64,000 nucleotides of DNA from Stegostoma tigrinum. Lineage: Eukaryota. Positions 52,559-64,000 of this stretch are shown piece after piece. How positions within the stretch are numbered: the stretch's first letter is position 1; every line of letters begins with the position of its first letter. The stretch covers positions 43,725,734-43,789,733 of the forward strand of contig NC_081368.1 in NCBI RefSeq assembly GCF_030684315.1, written 5' to 3'. Below the pieces are notes generated by a model. The model did not search any database. It was not told where the DNA came from and worked only from the letters and a program-made list of their open reading frames with translations. The position numbers and the translations under genes are program-made.

Positions 52559-54224
52559 CCAATGTCTCTGAACTAATGGTTTTCTCTCAATGAACCTGTT
52601 TCATCCATCCAACTTCAATCAGAATATCTGCAGGCAGAAACCAAAAGCGTTCCCAGCTATTAGTTTCATCCTAAACAAAACTAAATCCAAGTCCTAATCC
52701 TTCTAACTGAAAGCAAGCTAATTCTCTCTGACATTTACTCTGTCTGTTTATAAAGCTCTTGTAATGCAAACAAATTCATATTTCCATTCCAGGAAATTTC
52801 TCTGCCATACTAGTAAGAAAGAAACATGTTACCAGAAATAACTGACAAGCTAATTATTAAATCCCCCTCATACATACTGGACCAAATTTCTCATGCATTT
52901 AGTTAAAACTAACTATAAATTAAGTGATATTAAAATATACAATAGTCTCACATCTTGCATTGCAATTGTTTGTTTGCAAGCTCTTGGTATTTCAAGAATC
53001 TTTACGTGTGTGGGCACATCTATCTATAATCCATTTGGAGCCTTTTTAAAGTCTCTTAGGTTGGAGCAAGATTAGGATTTCTTTACAAATTCCAAAACAC
53101 ATCGTTTTTTAATAACAATGTCTAGCATGTGGAACCGGGAAAAGAAGTTAAGATTTTAAACAAAAAGGTCAAAAGGTGAACCAGATTGCAACCTATTGCA
53201 AAGACACAGACAGCCAAACCAAATCAGCGTTGCTACCTCTGTATTCACAACAGTCAAATTAAAACATTCAAAAACCCTCAAAATTGACCCCAGTGGTTTT
53301 TGAACAGAATTTTGAATAACCAATCCAAAACTCTAAGAATAATCAATTCCAGATCCCAAATTACATCTTAAATGAAATACTTAGTAATTTTATTAGTATT
53401 ATAGTAACTTCAGTAGAGCAAAATTAAAGAATAGAGTAACCTAATTGGTCTAAAATCCAAAAAACCTTTGCTCTCAGCCCAATTCTTTGTATATATCAGC
53501 AAACAAATATAGTTAAGGGATAAATAAAAGAAACAACAAATCAAAACTAAACTGGCCAAAGTATTTAAGTGGTTTTCATGGCGCATTGTTTCAAAGATGT
53601 CAGTAGATTTTTGGTTGATGTCTTCAAAAAGATTAATCCAGGTCATGTTTATAGTTTACTCGGATAAAGGCAGTAATGATAATAACTCAGTTTTGTGAGT
53701 TCTGAGCTTCCTTATTGGAGGTTAGTCAAGGAACTTTCAAATTGTCATGCTCTAGCCTCAGTTGTCAGAGTCCTCCACAGAGAATAGAATCTACGACCCA
53801 AATTGAACCCTGACAGGCTGGCTGTGTCCTCCATGAGGTCCTATTCACCATTCAACGTCTGCCATCTTCCTGAGCATAAGATCTTTTCCAGACTTCCTGG
53901 AATATGTTCACAGGTACTGACCTCATTACTAGCCAGCTTCTGCTATTTGTTTAAACAGAATGCACTTCCGTGGTCTTGTGGTGTCTGCAGAACCTTTTGA
54001 CCACGACTCAACACACAATTAACTTCCAGGCCTGGCCTCACAAATAAGCAAAAGGGTGTTCGGTCTGCTTTCCTTTTAACACAAGCTATTACCACAGTCA
54101 AAGTCATCTTTAACTTACAATGCCCACTTCTCAGCTCAAAACCAAAATTGATAAAATAATGAAAATGTAAAAATGAAAAATCAGCAACACTGCATTACAC
54201 TCACTTCTAAGATGAGATCCCAAC

Positions 54225-54805
54225 ACATTGCCAATTTTCTTCTCTGTAGCATTACCCAACTCCCATCTGTGTCGACTCACTGCTGCTGAAATCCTCATCC
54301 TGCTTTTGTTACCTCTAGACTTAACTACCTCAGTACACTGCTGACCAGCCTTCCATGTTCTCCAGTTCATAAATTTGAGCTGATCCACTTTTGTTCAAAA
54401 TAACTCTTCTGCCTGTGTCAGAATTTGAAAAAGTCCCTTTTTGACTATCGCCCTGTTCTTGCTGACCCATATTGACTGACAGTTAACCAATCCCTCAATT
54501 TTAAAGCCCTAATCCTTCCTTTTAAAATATGAGGAAGTCCTCTGTCCTCCCACTCTGTGCAATCTCTTCCTGTGTGCATCCGTGATTTTAATTTTTTCAC
54601 CATCGGTAACCATGCCATCAGTTACCTCGGCTCTGGAATCCCCTCCCACTACCTTTTAATATCTCTATCTCATTTTTCTCCTTTAAAATTGACCACTGTA
54701 ACCAAGCTCTTAGTTACTTGACCAATTGTCTCCTTGTGTGACTCAGTGTCAGGTTTTTAATCTTGTGCTGTACTTCAAGTGAGATTTAAATACAAGTGTT
54801 ATTTT
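54225..54805 (+). mobile_element. L2-like LINE 3' fragment
   Basis: AAEILI.AFVTSRL.Y-like translation and an A/T-rich AAATACAAGT end. Opposite-strand relatives lie near 29900-30800 and 34700-36200. Confidence 0.55.
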
Positions 54806-55119
54806 AACATGATACTGATGCAGCTCACCTTAAGAGTTTGACCGCATCAGTTATTTTAGCCTAAAGTTGAGGATGCTTTATTTCTCAGAATTTGAGGAAG
54901 GTACTTCATGTACACTCAGAATAAGAACCCTTCCTAGGTGTTGTGGTAATTGGGCTACTCATTCTAGAAGGCGTGCCTTGTTCTGCGTCGATTATAAATG
55001 GAACATGTCAACATAAAAGCTACATTCTAGATTAACATCTTTCCTTTATGCCCTTTCTGTCCTTTGTATAACTGTAATTTTTCTAGTTGCACTGAATTTT
55101 CTGTTAAATCTCCTTTTTT

Positions 55120-56260
55120 GAAGAGGGGTTGGTATAAAGGTCTTTTCCCCAGGGTAGAAGCATACAGAACCAGAGGGCATAGGTTTAAGGTGAGTAGGGA
55201 AAGATTTTAAAAGGGACTTAAGGAGCAACTTTTTCAAGGAGGGGATGGTGTGTATATGGAATGAAGCGCCAGAGGCGGGTACAATTACAGCATTTAATTG
55301 GCATCTGGATGGGTACATGAACATAAAGGGTTTGGAGGGATGTGGACGAAATGCTAGCAAAAGGGACTAGATTAATTTAGGATGTCTGATCAACATAGAC
55401 CAGTTAGACTGAAGGGTCTGTTTCCATGCTGTACATCTCTATGACTCTATATTCCCTCTCCTGGGTCTTTAATAAAATGCTTATTTACTTTGAATACTCT
55501 GTTAAATGGATAGGATGCTCACAGATTTAAAGCACAAAACATACCATGCTCTTTACTGAGCAGAATAGATTTTTTTTAAAGGAAGTTAAATGACTCCTGA
55601 ATTTCACGGTGTAGAGGAATCTGGATGCTCTTGTGTGTGAGTCACAAAATGCCAGTAAGCAGGTGCAGCAAGTAATTATGGCAGCTAATAGAATACTGTC
55701 TTTTATTATGAGAGGATTTGAGCATAAAAGTAAGAATGTTATTCAGGGTGTTGTTTCAAAACTATGTGTGGTTTTGTTCATCGTATTTTTGGGAAGGATT
55801 CAGGTTCATTAGAGGTGGTTCAGTGGACGTCCATTTGCTTGATATTCGGAATTATCAGGTTGTCTTTAGCATGACAGATTGGACAGGCTTGGCTTATTTT
55901 TTTTCTTGAGTTTGTAAGAGTAAGAGGTGATTTGTTGAAGTTTGACATTCTGAATGGTGTTGATAAGATTAGTGTGGAAAGGATGTTTTCTTTTGTGGAT
56001 GAGCCCACCACTACGGGACACTTGTTGAAAATCAGGAATCACTTGTTTAGGATGTTCTGGAGGATAATTTTTTTTTGAGGTTTGTGTGACTTTTTAACTC
56101 TGTGCCTCAGAAGGCCGTGGAGGATGGGGCTCATTGAATATTTTTAATATGAGGCAGTAAGATAGAACATAAATGGATCAACCATGATCTTTTTGAATGA
56201 TGGAGCAGGCTTGAGGAACCGAATGGTGTATCTGTGCTCCTAATTCATATGCCCATATAC
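55120..56260 (+). mobile_element. Two CR1-like LINE 3' fragments
   Basis: 55120-55450 has a CTATGACTCTAT tail. 55600-56260 has decayed CR1 C-terminal coding sequence and a 3' UTR. Confidence 0.7.
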
Positions 56261-57299
56261 TGTTTATCCAGTGACAGCAATTTAGATGCTATGCCCTTGC
56301 CTTCAGCAACACGCTAAATACCTTGTATTCATTCCTCCATCTTTATTCCAATGTTTTTCCAAATTTCCCTGAATTTCTTGACTACCTGCTGGATATCTTC
56401 CCCCCCCCTCCCCCACCCCTTAAAGTGCACTGAGTCTTGGCAACTGCTTTTGCAGATATCTTATCAAGAAAATAAAAGTGAGAAGAGAGGCTGGGTGTCT
56501 TGTGCCAGCTAACCTTTCACGCGATAGTTACTCTTATAGACAGTCACTGCAGTTATTATCGGCAGGAAATCTAAAGCTGCTACACCCACCAAACATTTAG
56601 TTGATTGAGGCTGGCTGATTCTAATTAAAAAATAACTTGCAGGGAAATAGTTGGTAACTCCTCTATATTTGTAATTTATTTGGAAGCTCAGACTTGTACT
56701 CGAGAGACAGCAGATCCAGGCAAATGTGTCTCCGGTGAGTCCACGTTTAATCTTTTTGAGGCAATAAAACCCATTGTGAGTGGGTTTTATTCAACTTGCA
56801 GTGATTCAGCTTGGAAATTATTTCTTCATATTTGATTTTTAAAAAGTCTGTCCCGTTTCTTTAAAAAACAATGCATGTTCGACGTGAATAAGTGCCAGTT
56901 AGATCTTGCAGACGGGGCTTGGCTTGGACGATTGTTGAATACAGTGAGGTGAGAGGACTTTTGTTTCTGAAAGACTAGAATACCTGTCGATACTTCCTGC
57001 CTGAGCTTGAGTCACATGAAGATCATTAACTTGAGCACAGTATTCGAGAGAATATACAATGCTGTTGCAAATTAAATTTGAAACTGAAGGAGAGGAGCAC
57101 GCACTGATGAAACAAAAAATGTCCTATCTCCCTCCTTTGTTTCTTTCTATAACCCCCATCTTCACCAAAAGTGGAATTTGAGTCAGCACTTAAATTGTTT
57201 TTAAAATAAATGTAAAGCAATTCATTTTCAAGTTAGGAATTTTCTTTTTCTGCTTTGCTGAGCTGAGATATTGGGTGCTAAGTTGTCCCATTTAGGATG

Positions 57300-57790
57300 G
57301 GATAGATGAATGGATAGTCCTACCTTTACTAGAATGTTGCCAGGCTGGGGAATTTTAGCAATGGGGAGAGGTTGGAGAAGTTGGGGTGATTTTCTTGGAA
57401 CAGAGAAGGCTGAGGGGTGACATGATTGGGGTATACAAAATTGAGAGGTGTAGAAATGGAGTCGACAAGAGGAATCTGATTCTCTTGGCAGAAAGTCCAA
57501 AAAGGGGTTGTGGATTCAAGCTATGTAGCAAAAAAGGGTTAGAGGGGATGTGAGGAAAAACTTCTTTATGCAGAGAGTGTTGGATGTCAGGAATTTGCTG
57601 CTTAAATTGGTGATTGGAGGCAGAGGCTGTTTTTAAACTACCTCAGTCAGCACCTTAAGAGTTGTAAACTGAGGACTATAGGCAATGTGTAGGAAGATGG
57701 GATTAGAAAGAGCATCTGGGTGTCTTTGGGTTAGCATGGATAAGATGGGTTGAATGGCCCCCTTCTGTGCTGTATCATTTCTATGATTTT
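57300..57790 (+). mobile_element. CR1-like LINE 3' fragment
   Basis: LEKLG*FSWNRE-type decayed motif and tail TTGAATGGCC..TTCTGTGCTGTATCATTTCTATGA. Confidence 0.7.
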
Positions 57791-58068
57791 GCTCCTTGGT
57801 GAGGTTGGAGTTTGATCTTTTAAATAAGAAGTTTTAATGATTCTTGCTGGACTGGTAATCTGGAGCTAATGTTGTGATTTTGACAGGAAGAAAGAGCAGA
57901 TAACTAAACCCCAGTGCACTTCCAGTTACACATATTTGTGTAAATATATTGATTCAATTCTGTACCAATGACCTCTCTCTTGTACAACTGCCCAGAAATA
58001 AATGTTTGCTGATTATTCGGAACAAAACGTATTCTTAAAGCATGTGGAAGGCACTGGTTAGCCACTAA

Positions 58069-58199
58069 NNNNNNNNNNNNNNNNNNNNNNNNNNNNNNNN
58101 NNNNNNNNNNNNNNNNNNNNNNNNNNNNNNNNNNNNNNNNNNNNNNNNNNNNNNNNNNNNNNNNNNNNNNNNNNNNNNNNNNNNNNNNNNNNNNNNNNN
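58069..58199. other. Assembly gap (131 N)
   Basis: Run of N. Confidence 1.
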
Positions 58200-61100
58200 G
58201 CAATTGGTGGGCTGTTTAAACAAAGGAAAAAGACTCCGGACTCTCCACATCTATCAAGTAGAAACAAGTAAACATGACTATAAGCACTGTCTCAGGGAAT
58301 ATGTTTATGTTGTATTGAAAAGCATAATAAGGGAAAACAACATATAAGCATAGACTAAAATTCTCAACTGAGGTTCTCCTTGCAGCAATTCCCTACCCTT
58401 ACCCAGAAGGACTTTACCTACTTATCAAATCCTTGAGGATTCCTTCATTTCTTGGGTCCAAACAAAAGTACCACAGCTCTCAGGATTCACTTTAATATCT
58501 TCTTAATGTTTCCCAAGTTGCAAAATCTTCATAGAATTCTTCCATTAGCATTTGATAACCAATCCTCCTCCATGGCATCTCGTGAGACGTCATTATTGTG
58601 GTCTTCTCAACTCAAGCACGTGTCCCTGCATTCTTGCTTAGCACTTGCAGAAATTACCTTGATTTTTGGCTGTTCTTTTACTCCTGGTCATCAACTTTGT
58701 TTTTCTGTGGGCTGAACTGAAGGCTTAGAGCCACCAATGTGGAAGAATTGCACAACTAAATACCTGGAATACCAACGAAGGCTCCACTCTGAATTAATGA
58801 AATCCACGGTTACAGGTTAGTTGAGTTCCCTGATGGATTTTTAGATTAATTAACTAATTTTTAGCTTCAGTATTGAACACTTTGACCATGAGGTCTGCAT
58901 GAATAACTTAAATTTCTGTTGAAATTAGGTGGATTCTCATCAGACATGCTGACTGTGATTTCCTCAGCTGAGTGATGACCACCATTCATTTTTTTTTCAC
59001 TTTCATCGTCAAACTCTGACCAAGCATAGAACACTTTGAACTGCCATTGTTTAAAGTGTTATTGCAATTTCCAACATTTTAATTACCTTAGTCTCACAAT
59101 TTCAATCTTCCTAAATATTAAAATATTAACATAAACCCTGAACTAGATGATTATAACACAATGTAGTTCCTACCTTGTTATGAATAATATAACACACAAC
59201 AACCAGGAAGAGATTAACAGGAAGATCTGTAACTGGATGGTTATTCAAAGGTCTTAGCTAATAATTCAGAATGCAAGTTAAATTCTACTCTGGTAATTTG
59301 AGAACTTCTTTTATTACATTAAAAAGAAATCAAGGACCAAATTGCTGCTTGGCCTGCTGTGTTCATACAGCTACACACTTTGTTACCAAAACCTTGGATT
59401 TGATTTAAATTCTAGATGGGATATATGGAAGAATGATCATTATGCTTATTTTAGACTAACAATGTGCAGGGCTTTTTCTGGTGGACCTCTTTCAAGATCA
59501 AAAGATCTGGAAGTTAGCATAAACTAGCTACTTGACTTTTTAAAAATGTATTCATTTTGCGGGATGTGGGCATCGCTCAAGGGCAATAAATGTTGGCCAC
59601 CAGAAGGTGATGTTGAGCTGCCTTCTTGAACTGCTGCAGCCTATCTGCGTGAGTTGACTCACAATGCCATTAGAGACGGAACTAAAGTAATTGCAGGCAG
59701 GTAGGTGCAGGGTGACTGACCCAGCGCAAGGTAAATGCTACTCAGTTTTACAGTACTGTTGTGAAGAATACCACATGGGCTGTTGTGCCCAAGAAGAAGG
59801 CTAATGACTGCTTTTCAGAGTAACAAGATCTGACTAATAAAGATGCCCAAATTTAAAGAGAGTGTTTAAAAGCAGGTGTTGTAAGAGGGGTAAGAAAAAT
59901 CCATGGTGCCTTTTGTTTGCTACAATTGGATTTTACAGGCATGTTGCAATACTGTGATATACTATAATACTGTGACTTTAATTAGGACACTAACTCAATG
60001 ATTCTGATGATTATTTTTATTCTTGCAGAATGGTATTCAGCTGCATATGGTCATCAAAATTTTTTTCTCACGGTGTGGGCCATACACTCAAAATGCTTTC
60101 CTAGTGACCTCATGCTTCCTTTCTTCTGTGGTTTATTTCCCCAGACTGCATCCTGTAGGGAGGGATTGGATTTGGCAAGGAACAGCCATTTTGCAGAATG
60201 AGCTAATTTTTCAGGTCTGTGAGGAGCATGAACCTGACAGTTTTTTGTTTTCTTTTAAATCATCACAACTGTTAAAATAGTGCAGCTTGCTGTGCAAAGG
60301 GAGTGGCAGCAGTCATTTGGCAACAAGTTCCTACACTGCTGCATAAGGGTGGATCCAAAAGCAATACCCTGCTGCCTAGATGTAGAATTCTAGAATTGCT
60401 TCCAGTTCACTCTTTTTAAGTCTTCAGCTTGGATTAGTAGTTACATGTAACAAATTGAGTTTTGAGAGCCGTGTAATCATGGTGATTATTCAAACATAGC
60501 ATGTTCAGAAGGAGCTAGACCAAGGGTAGCATTGGGCGAAACTTCTGGTTGCAGGGCCACATTTGGTTACACAAGCCAAATGAGAGGTCGGTCATATGTG
60601 CTCAAGACATGTACAGTTTATAATACAGATAAATTTTTGGTCCAAATGAAATCATAATCTTTGCAACTAGACTGTTGTAACAACGCATTACATACAATAA
60701 TGAAACCAAATGTACCGTCTTTTTCACAATGCAATTAGTCACTGTTCCAACTAGCTCAGGTGGAAAATTCATCTCTCTTTCCCTCTGTCAGCCGCTATAA
60801 ACATTCTTTTTGCTTGCATGCAGGTATTGCTCTTCAGTTAAAACATACTAAAAAACGAAGGAGTGAATTACCAAAATTCTCTTAAATGAAAAAGAAATTT
60901 TCCTACCTTCAGGTGGGGGTGGGGTGGAAGAAATAAAAACGTGACATGAAACACTGACAAATACAGATAACAACAAGTTTCAAAGTGAGTGTGTCTGCTA
61001 CAGGCTGGTAGAACAACAGTTAGACAATTAAACGTTCCAGACACTTTGAGAAGTTAGCTTCTTAACCTAGACTACAGCTGGTTATTTGTTAACTCTCATC

Positions 61101-63816
61101 TGCAGCAGCATTAAAATCTGTATATATCTTTGTTTCAACGAATGGTCAATTTTCCCAAGTTGCATTTTCATCAGGCATGTTTTCCTAAATGATGAGAGAC
61201 ACAGGCAAGGAAGGCAAAAGTCCTAGCTGTTGCTGTCACATTCATTTTTCCCTTCTGTGTTCTGCTCTAAAGTGGCAATTGAAGTTTAGTTGACTTTTTA
61301 TGTCAGAGCCTAGCTCTATTGTCTTTACAAGCTGGCTAACTGGCAGGTGAACCTTTCATGTCCCAATATTTGAAATTATCATACATGTGTAAATTAAACA
61401 GAGATAACAATTTCTTGACACAGACTCAGTTGCCTGGTTTCAGTGCCTTTATCTAAAATACCAATTTGAATCAGATGCCTTAGTTTATTCCACATAGGTC
61501 TCCGAAGCTTGTGGCAATCTATTAGGTAACCATCGTTGTAAAGTTAGGTCCATGAATCTAACACTTTGAAATGGTAGAAGTTAAAACTTAATATTTACGA
61601 CTATCATAACATCTCACTTATTTTCAGTGACGTCAAGTTCTTGTGTTAATCTTTCCTTGCATCTGCAGCATTCTTTTGTCTTGCCAATGTAAATGTTGCT
61701 TTAGTATGTTTTAAAATATGGTGTTTCAAGCCACCAAGGGAAAAGCAGTAAAGAAAAAGAAAATGTGGAGAGACAAAAGCATTTCACAGGCAGTTCTACT
61801 TCCATGTGAAGTACCATGATCTGTATCATCTCCCTACCTCTCATTCCTGGAGTTGGGTTTTAATAATCCCAATGTTCATTTTAAAAGAGGTCCCCTCAAG
61901 GACATCTGTAGTCTGTTTCACACCTGTTAGGAAACATGTTTTCATCCTTCAATATTCTCAAAATGTAAAAATCTAACAAAACCATATGCTCCTCATTCTC
62001 TGTTATGTTCATTATTCTCCTTCTAGGAATCTAAAGTTTAGCTGCTTTTTCAAGTCTTATTTTCAGAACTTCATAAACCTATGAGCTCCTGTGGGAGCTT
62101 GACAAGTTGCTGAAGGGATGTTTCATTTTGCGGGAGTGCGTGAGGACACAGTTTAAAAGTAAGGAGTCTCCTACTGAAAGTTGAAAGTAGGGGATCGTTA
62201 TCTGAATGTCATGGATCGGTGGAATTCTATTCCCCAGTGCGTGGTGAAGGCAGAGTTAGTAAATATTTTTAAGACAGAGTTAAATTATTGGGAGTAGTCA
62301 GGAAAAGGGAGTTCAACTGCAATTGGATCGGCAATGATCTTTTGAAATGACGGAGCAAGCTCAAGAGGTCAAATGACCTCCTCCTGTATCAGCAACCTAA
62401 TCAGTGAGGTGACTGTCTGTCTGAAACCGTTAAACCACAATTGTTAATTGAGATCTTCTGATGTATGGATCTTGGGACTTGTTACAGGAGACATTATAGT
62501 GATGGCTTCCTGTCTTTCACTGACCTCCAAATGGAAGTTTAACAAACTCCTGCAATGAGTTTTGTTTTGTCATAGCCACTCTGACTTATGCTTGGAAATA
62601 GCTGGTACCTGGGAGCAACTTTTTTTTTTGGCATTTTCCCTTCCCATGGCACCATAAAGTTCTACTCCTGTTGCATTATGAACAGAAATTGTAGTGTGGA
62701 AGTAAAACAATTGTGTATAACAAATCTGGACAGAAGTGAAAATGTGTAGAGGCCTGAGAGATTTTAAAATACTTGTGAAACGATTCAGACATAAAATATT
62801 TCTTCTCGGTGATTTGATTTATTTTCTATTATTGACAATGCAGAATGGAAAATAGAGGAAATGGGTTATTTCCACCTTGTGAGGTGAGTTAACCTGATTA
62901 TGTTTAATTATACTGTAGCTTTTTGTATATTTATCTATAAAATTCTGCTTTTAGCATATGCTGGTCTGAAGGCTGGAAATTCAGGAGTTTTTAAACAATA
63001 AGTAACACTCAACATTCTGAATATAATCTTCCATCTTTATTATTTGAATTCTGTTCCTCCCGTCCACTCACCCACCCATATGGGTGGTGAATCGAGCTGA
63101 ACCATCATCAAATTGGAAATTACATTTTGTTAGTGTTCAGGAAGATTATGGACTATTACTGTGGAGTGACTTGCCTATGCAAGGACAATGTGACCATTCT
63201 TGTCTCTGAAATGTGGGAAATGGAAAATTACCCAACTTGTTCAATTCAACATCGAGAAAACATTTCACTCTGCTGGTCAAATTGCCAGTGTTTAATTCCT
63301 AGCATGTGGTCTGACTAGTGTTGCCAAAAAGTAACTTCTGACTGGCTGGCTGGCTGACTGACTATATTCGGAAGTAGGTGGTGCAGATAAGTTGACCCTT
63401 TGTAAGCTGTGGCCAGTACATTAATCATTTGTATGCAAAGCCTGCAGTTTTGATAGTATTCCAGTTCAGATCTTCAAACCTGGTGGACATCTGTTGTATC
63501 AAGAATCCTGAACCCATTCTTACCAATTTGAAAGGGATTAGAAATGTGACAGTTGTGACTTCTGTAATGAGGAGAGAGAGATCATGCTGTTGCAACTATA
63601 GAACAGAGAACAGTACAGCACAGGAGCAGGCCCTTTGGCCCACCATATCTTTGCTAACCATAACTCCATACCAAATTAATCCCATCTGCCTGCACATGGA
63701 CCGTGTTCCTCCATCCCTCTATTTCCTGCCTGTCCATGTGCCTCGGTAAGTGGCTATCATCTGTTCTTCTGCTACTTCTCCTGGTACTTAACTGTTCTGG
63801 ACACCTACCACCACCT

Positions 63817-63970
63817 AAATAACAAAGTGTGGAGCTGGATGAACACAGCAGGCCAAGCAGCATCTCAGGAGCACAAAAGCTGACATTTTGGGCCTAGACC
63901 CTTCATCAGAGAGGATGATCAGAGAGACTTTGTTATGTTGGATTCTCCACCTTCTGCAGTTCCCATTATC
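63817..63970. mobile_element. PLE-terminus mini-element with short inverted arm
   Basis: Minus arm 63817-63912 and plus-strand tail 63927-63970, flanked by CACCTACCAC at 63802-63811 and 63970-63979. Confidence 0.8.
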
Positions 63971-64000
63971 ACCTACCACACCCTGTTTTTTTTAAAAAAA

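Noticed and set aside
57904-58267. ORFs containing X runs
   Set aside because: They are artefacts of the N gap.
61835-61860. CATTCCTGG (HSW) as possible SHROOM4 exon 3 RPHSWH motif
   Set aside because: The flanking residues and splice sites do not fit.

Overview
Eukaryotic vertebrate genomic DNA, almost certainly a cartilaginous fish (shark). This is inferred from HE1-type V-SINEs, SacSINE1-like SINEs and CR1/HER1-like LINE tails. Two host genes are arranged divergently, as they are in mammals: a complete two-exon BMP15 on the minus strand (410 aa) and the first two PDZ-coding exons of SHROOM4 on the plus strand, with the rest of that gene beyond the window. The remainder is mostly retroelements. 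There are four large Penelope-like elements (PLE; RT plus Cys-rich linker plus GIY-YIG, Neptune-like), several with clear 9-14 bp target-site duplications. Many short derivatives of their 3' terminus carry a minimal hammerhead-ribozyme motif and are often inserted as self-inverted palindromic units. CR1/L2 fragments, SINEs, a decayed Harbinger-type Myb/SANT remnant and a 131-nt N gap are also present. The most notable oddities are the hammerhead-bearing palindromic mini-elements, a 5x49-bp reiteration of the YIG motif at a PLE 5' end, PLE-linked capture of 374 bp of flank, a LINE with a tRNA-like Pol III head, and a candidate PDZ-less SHROOM4 first exon. All calls are by eye; no searches were run.
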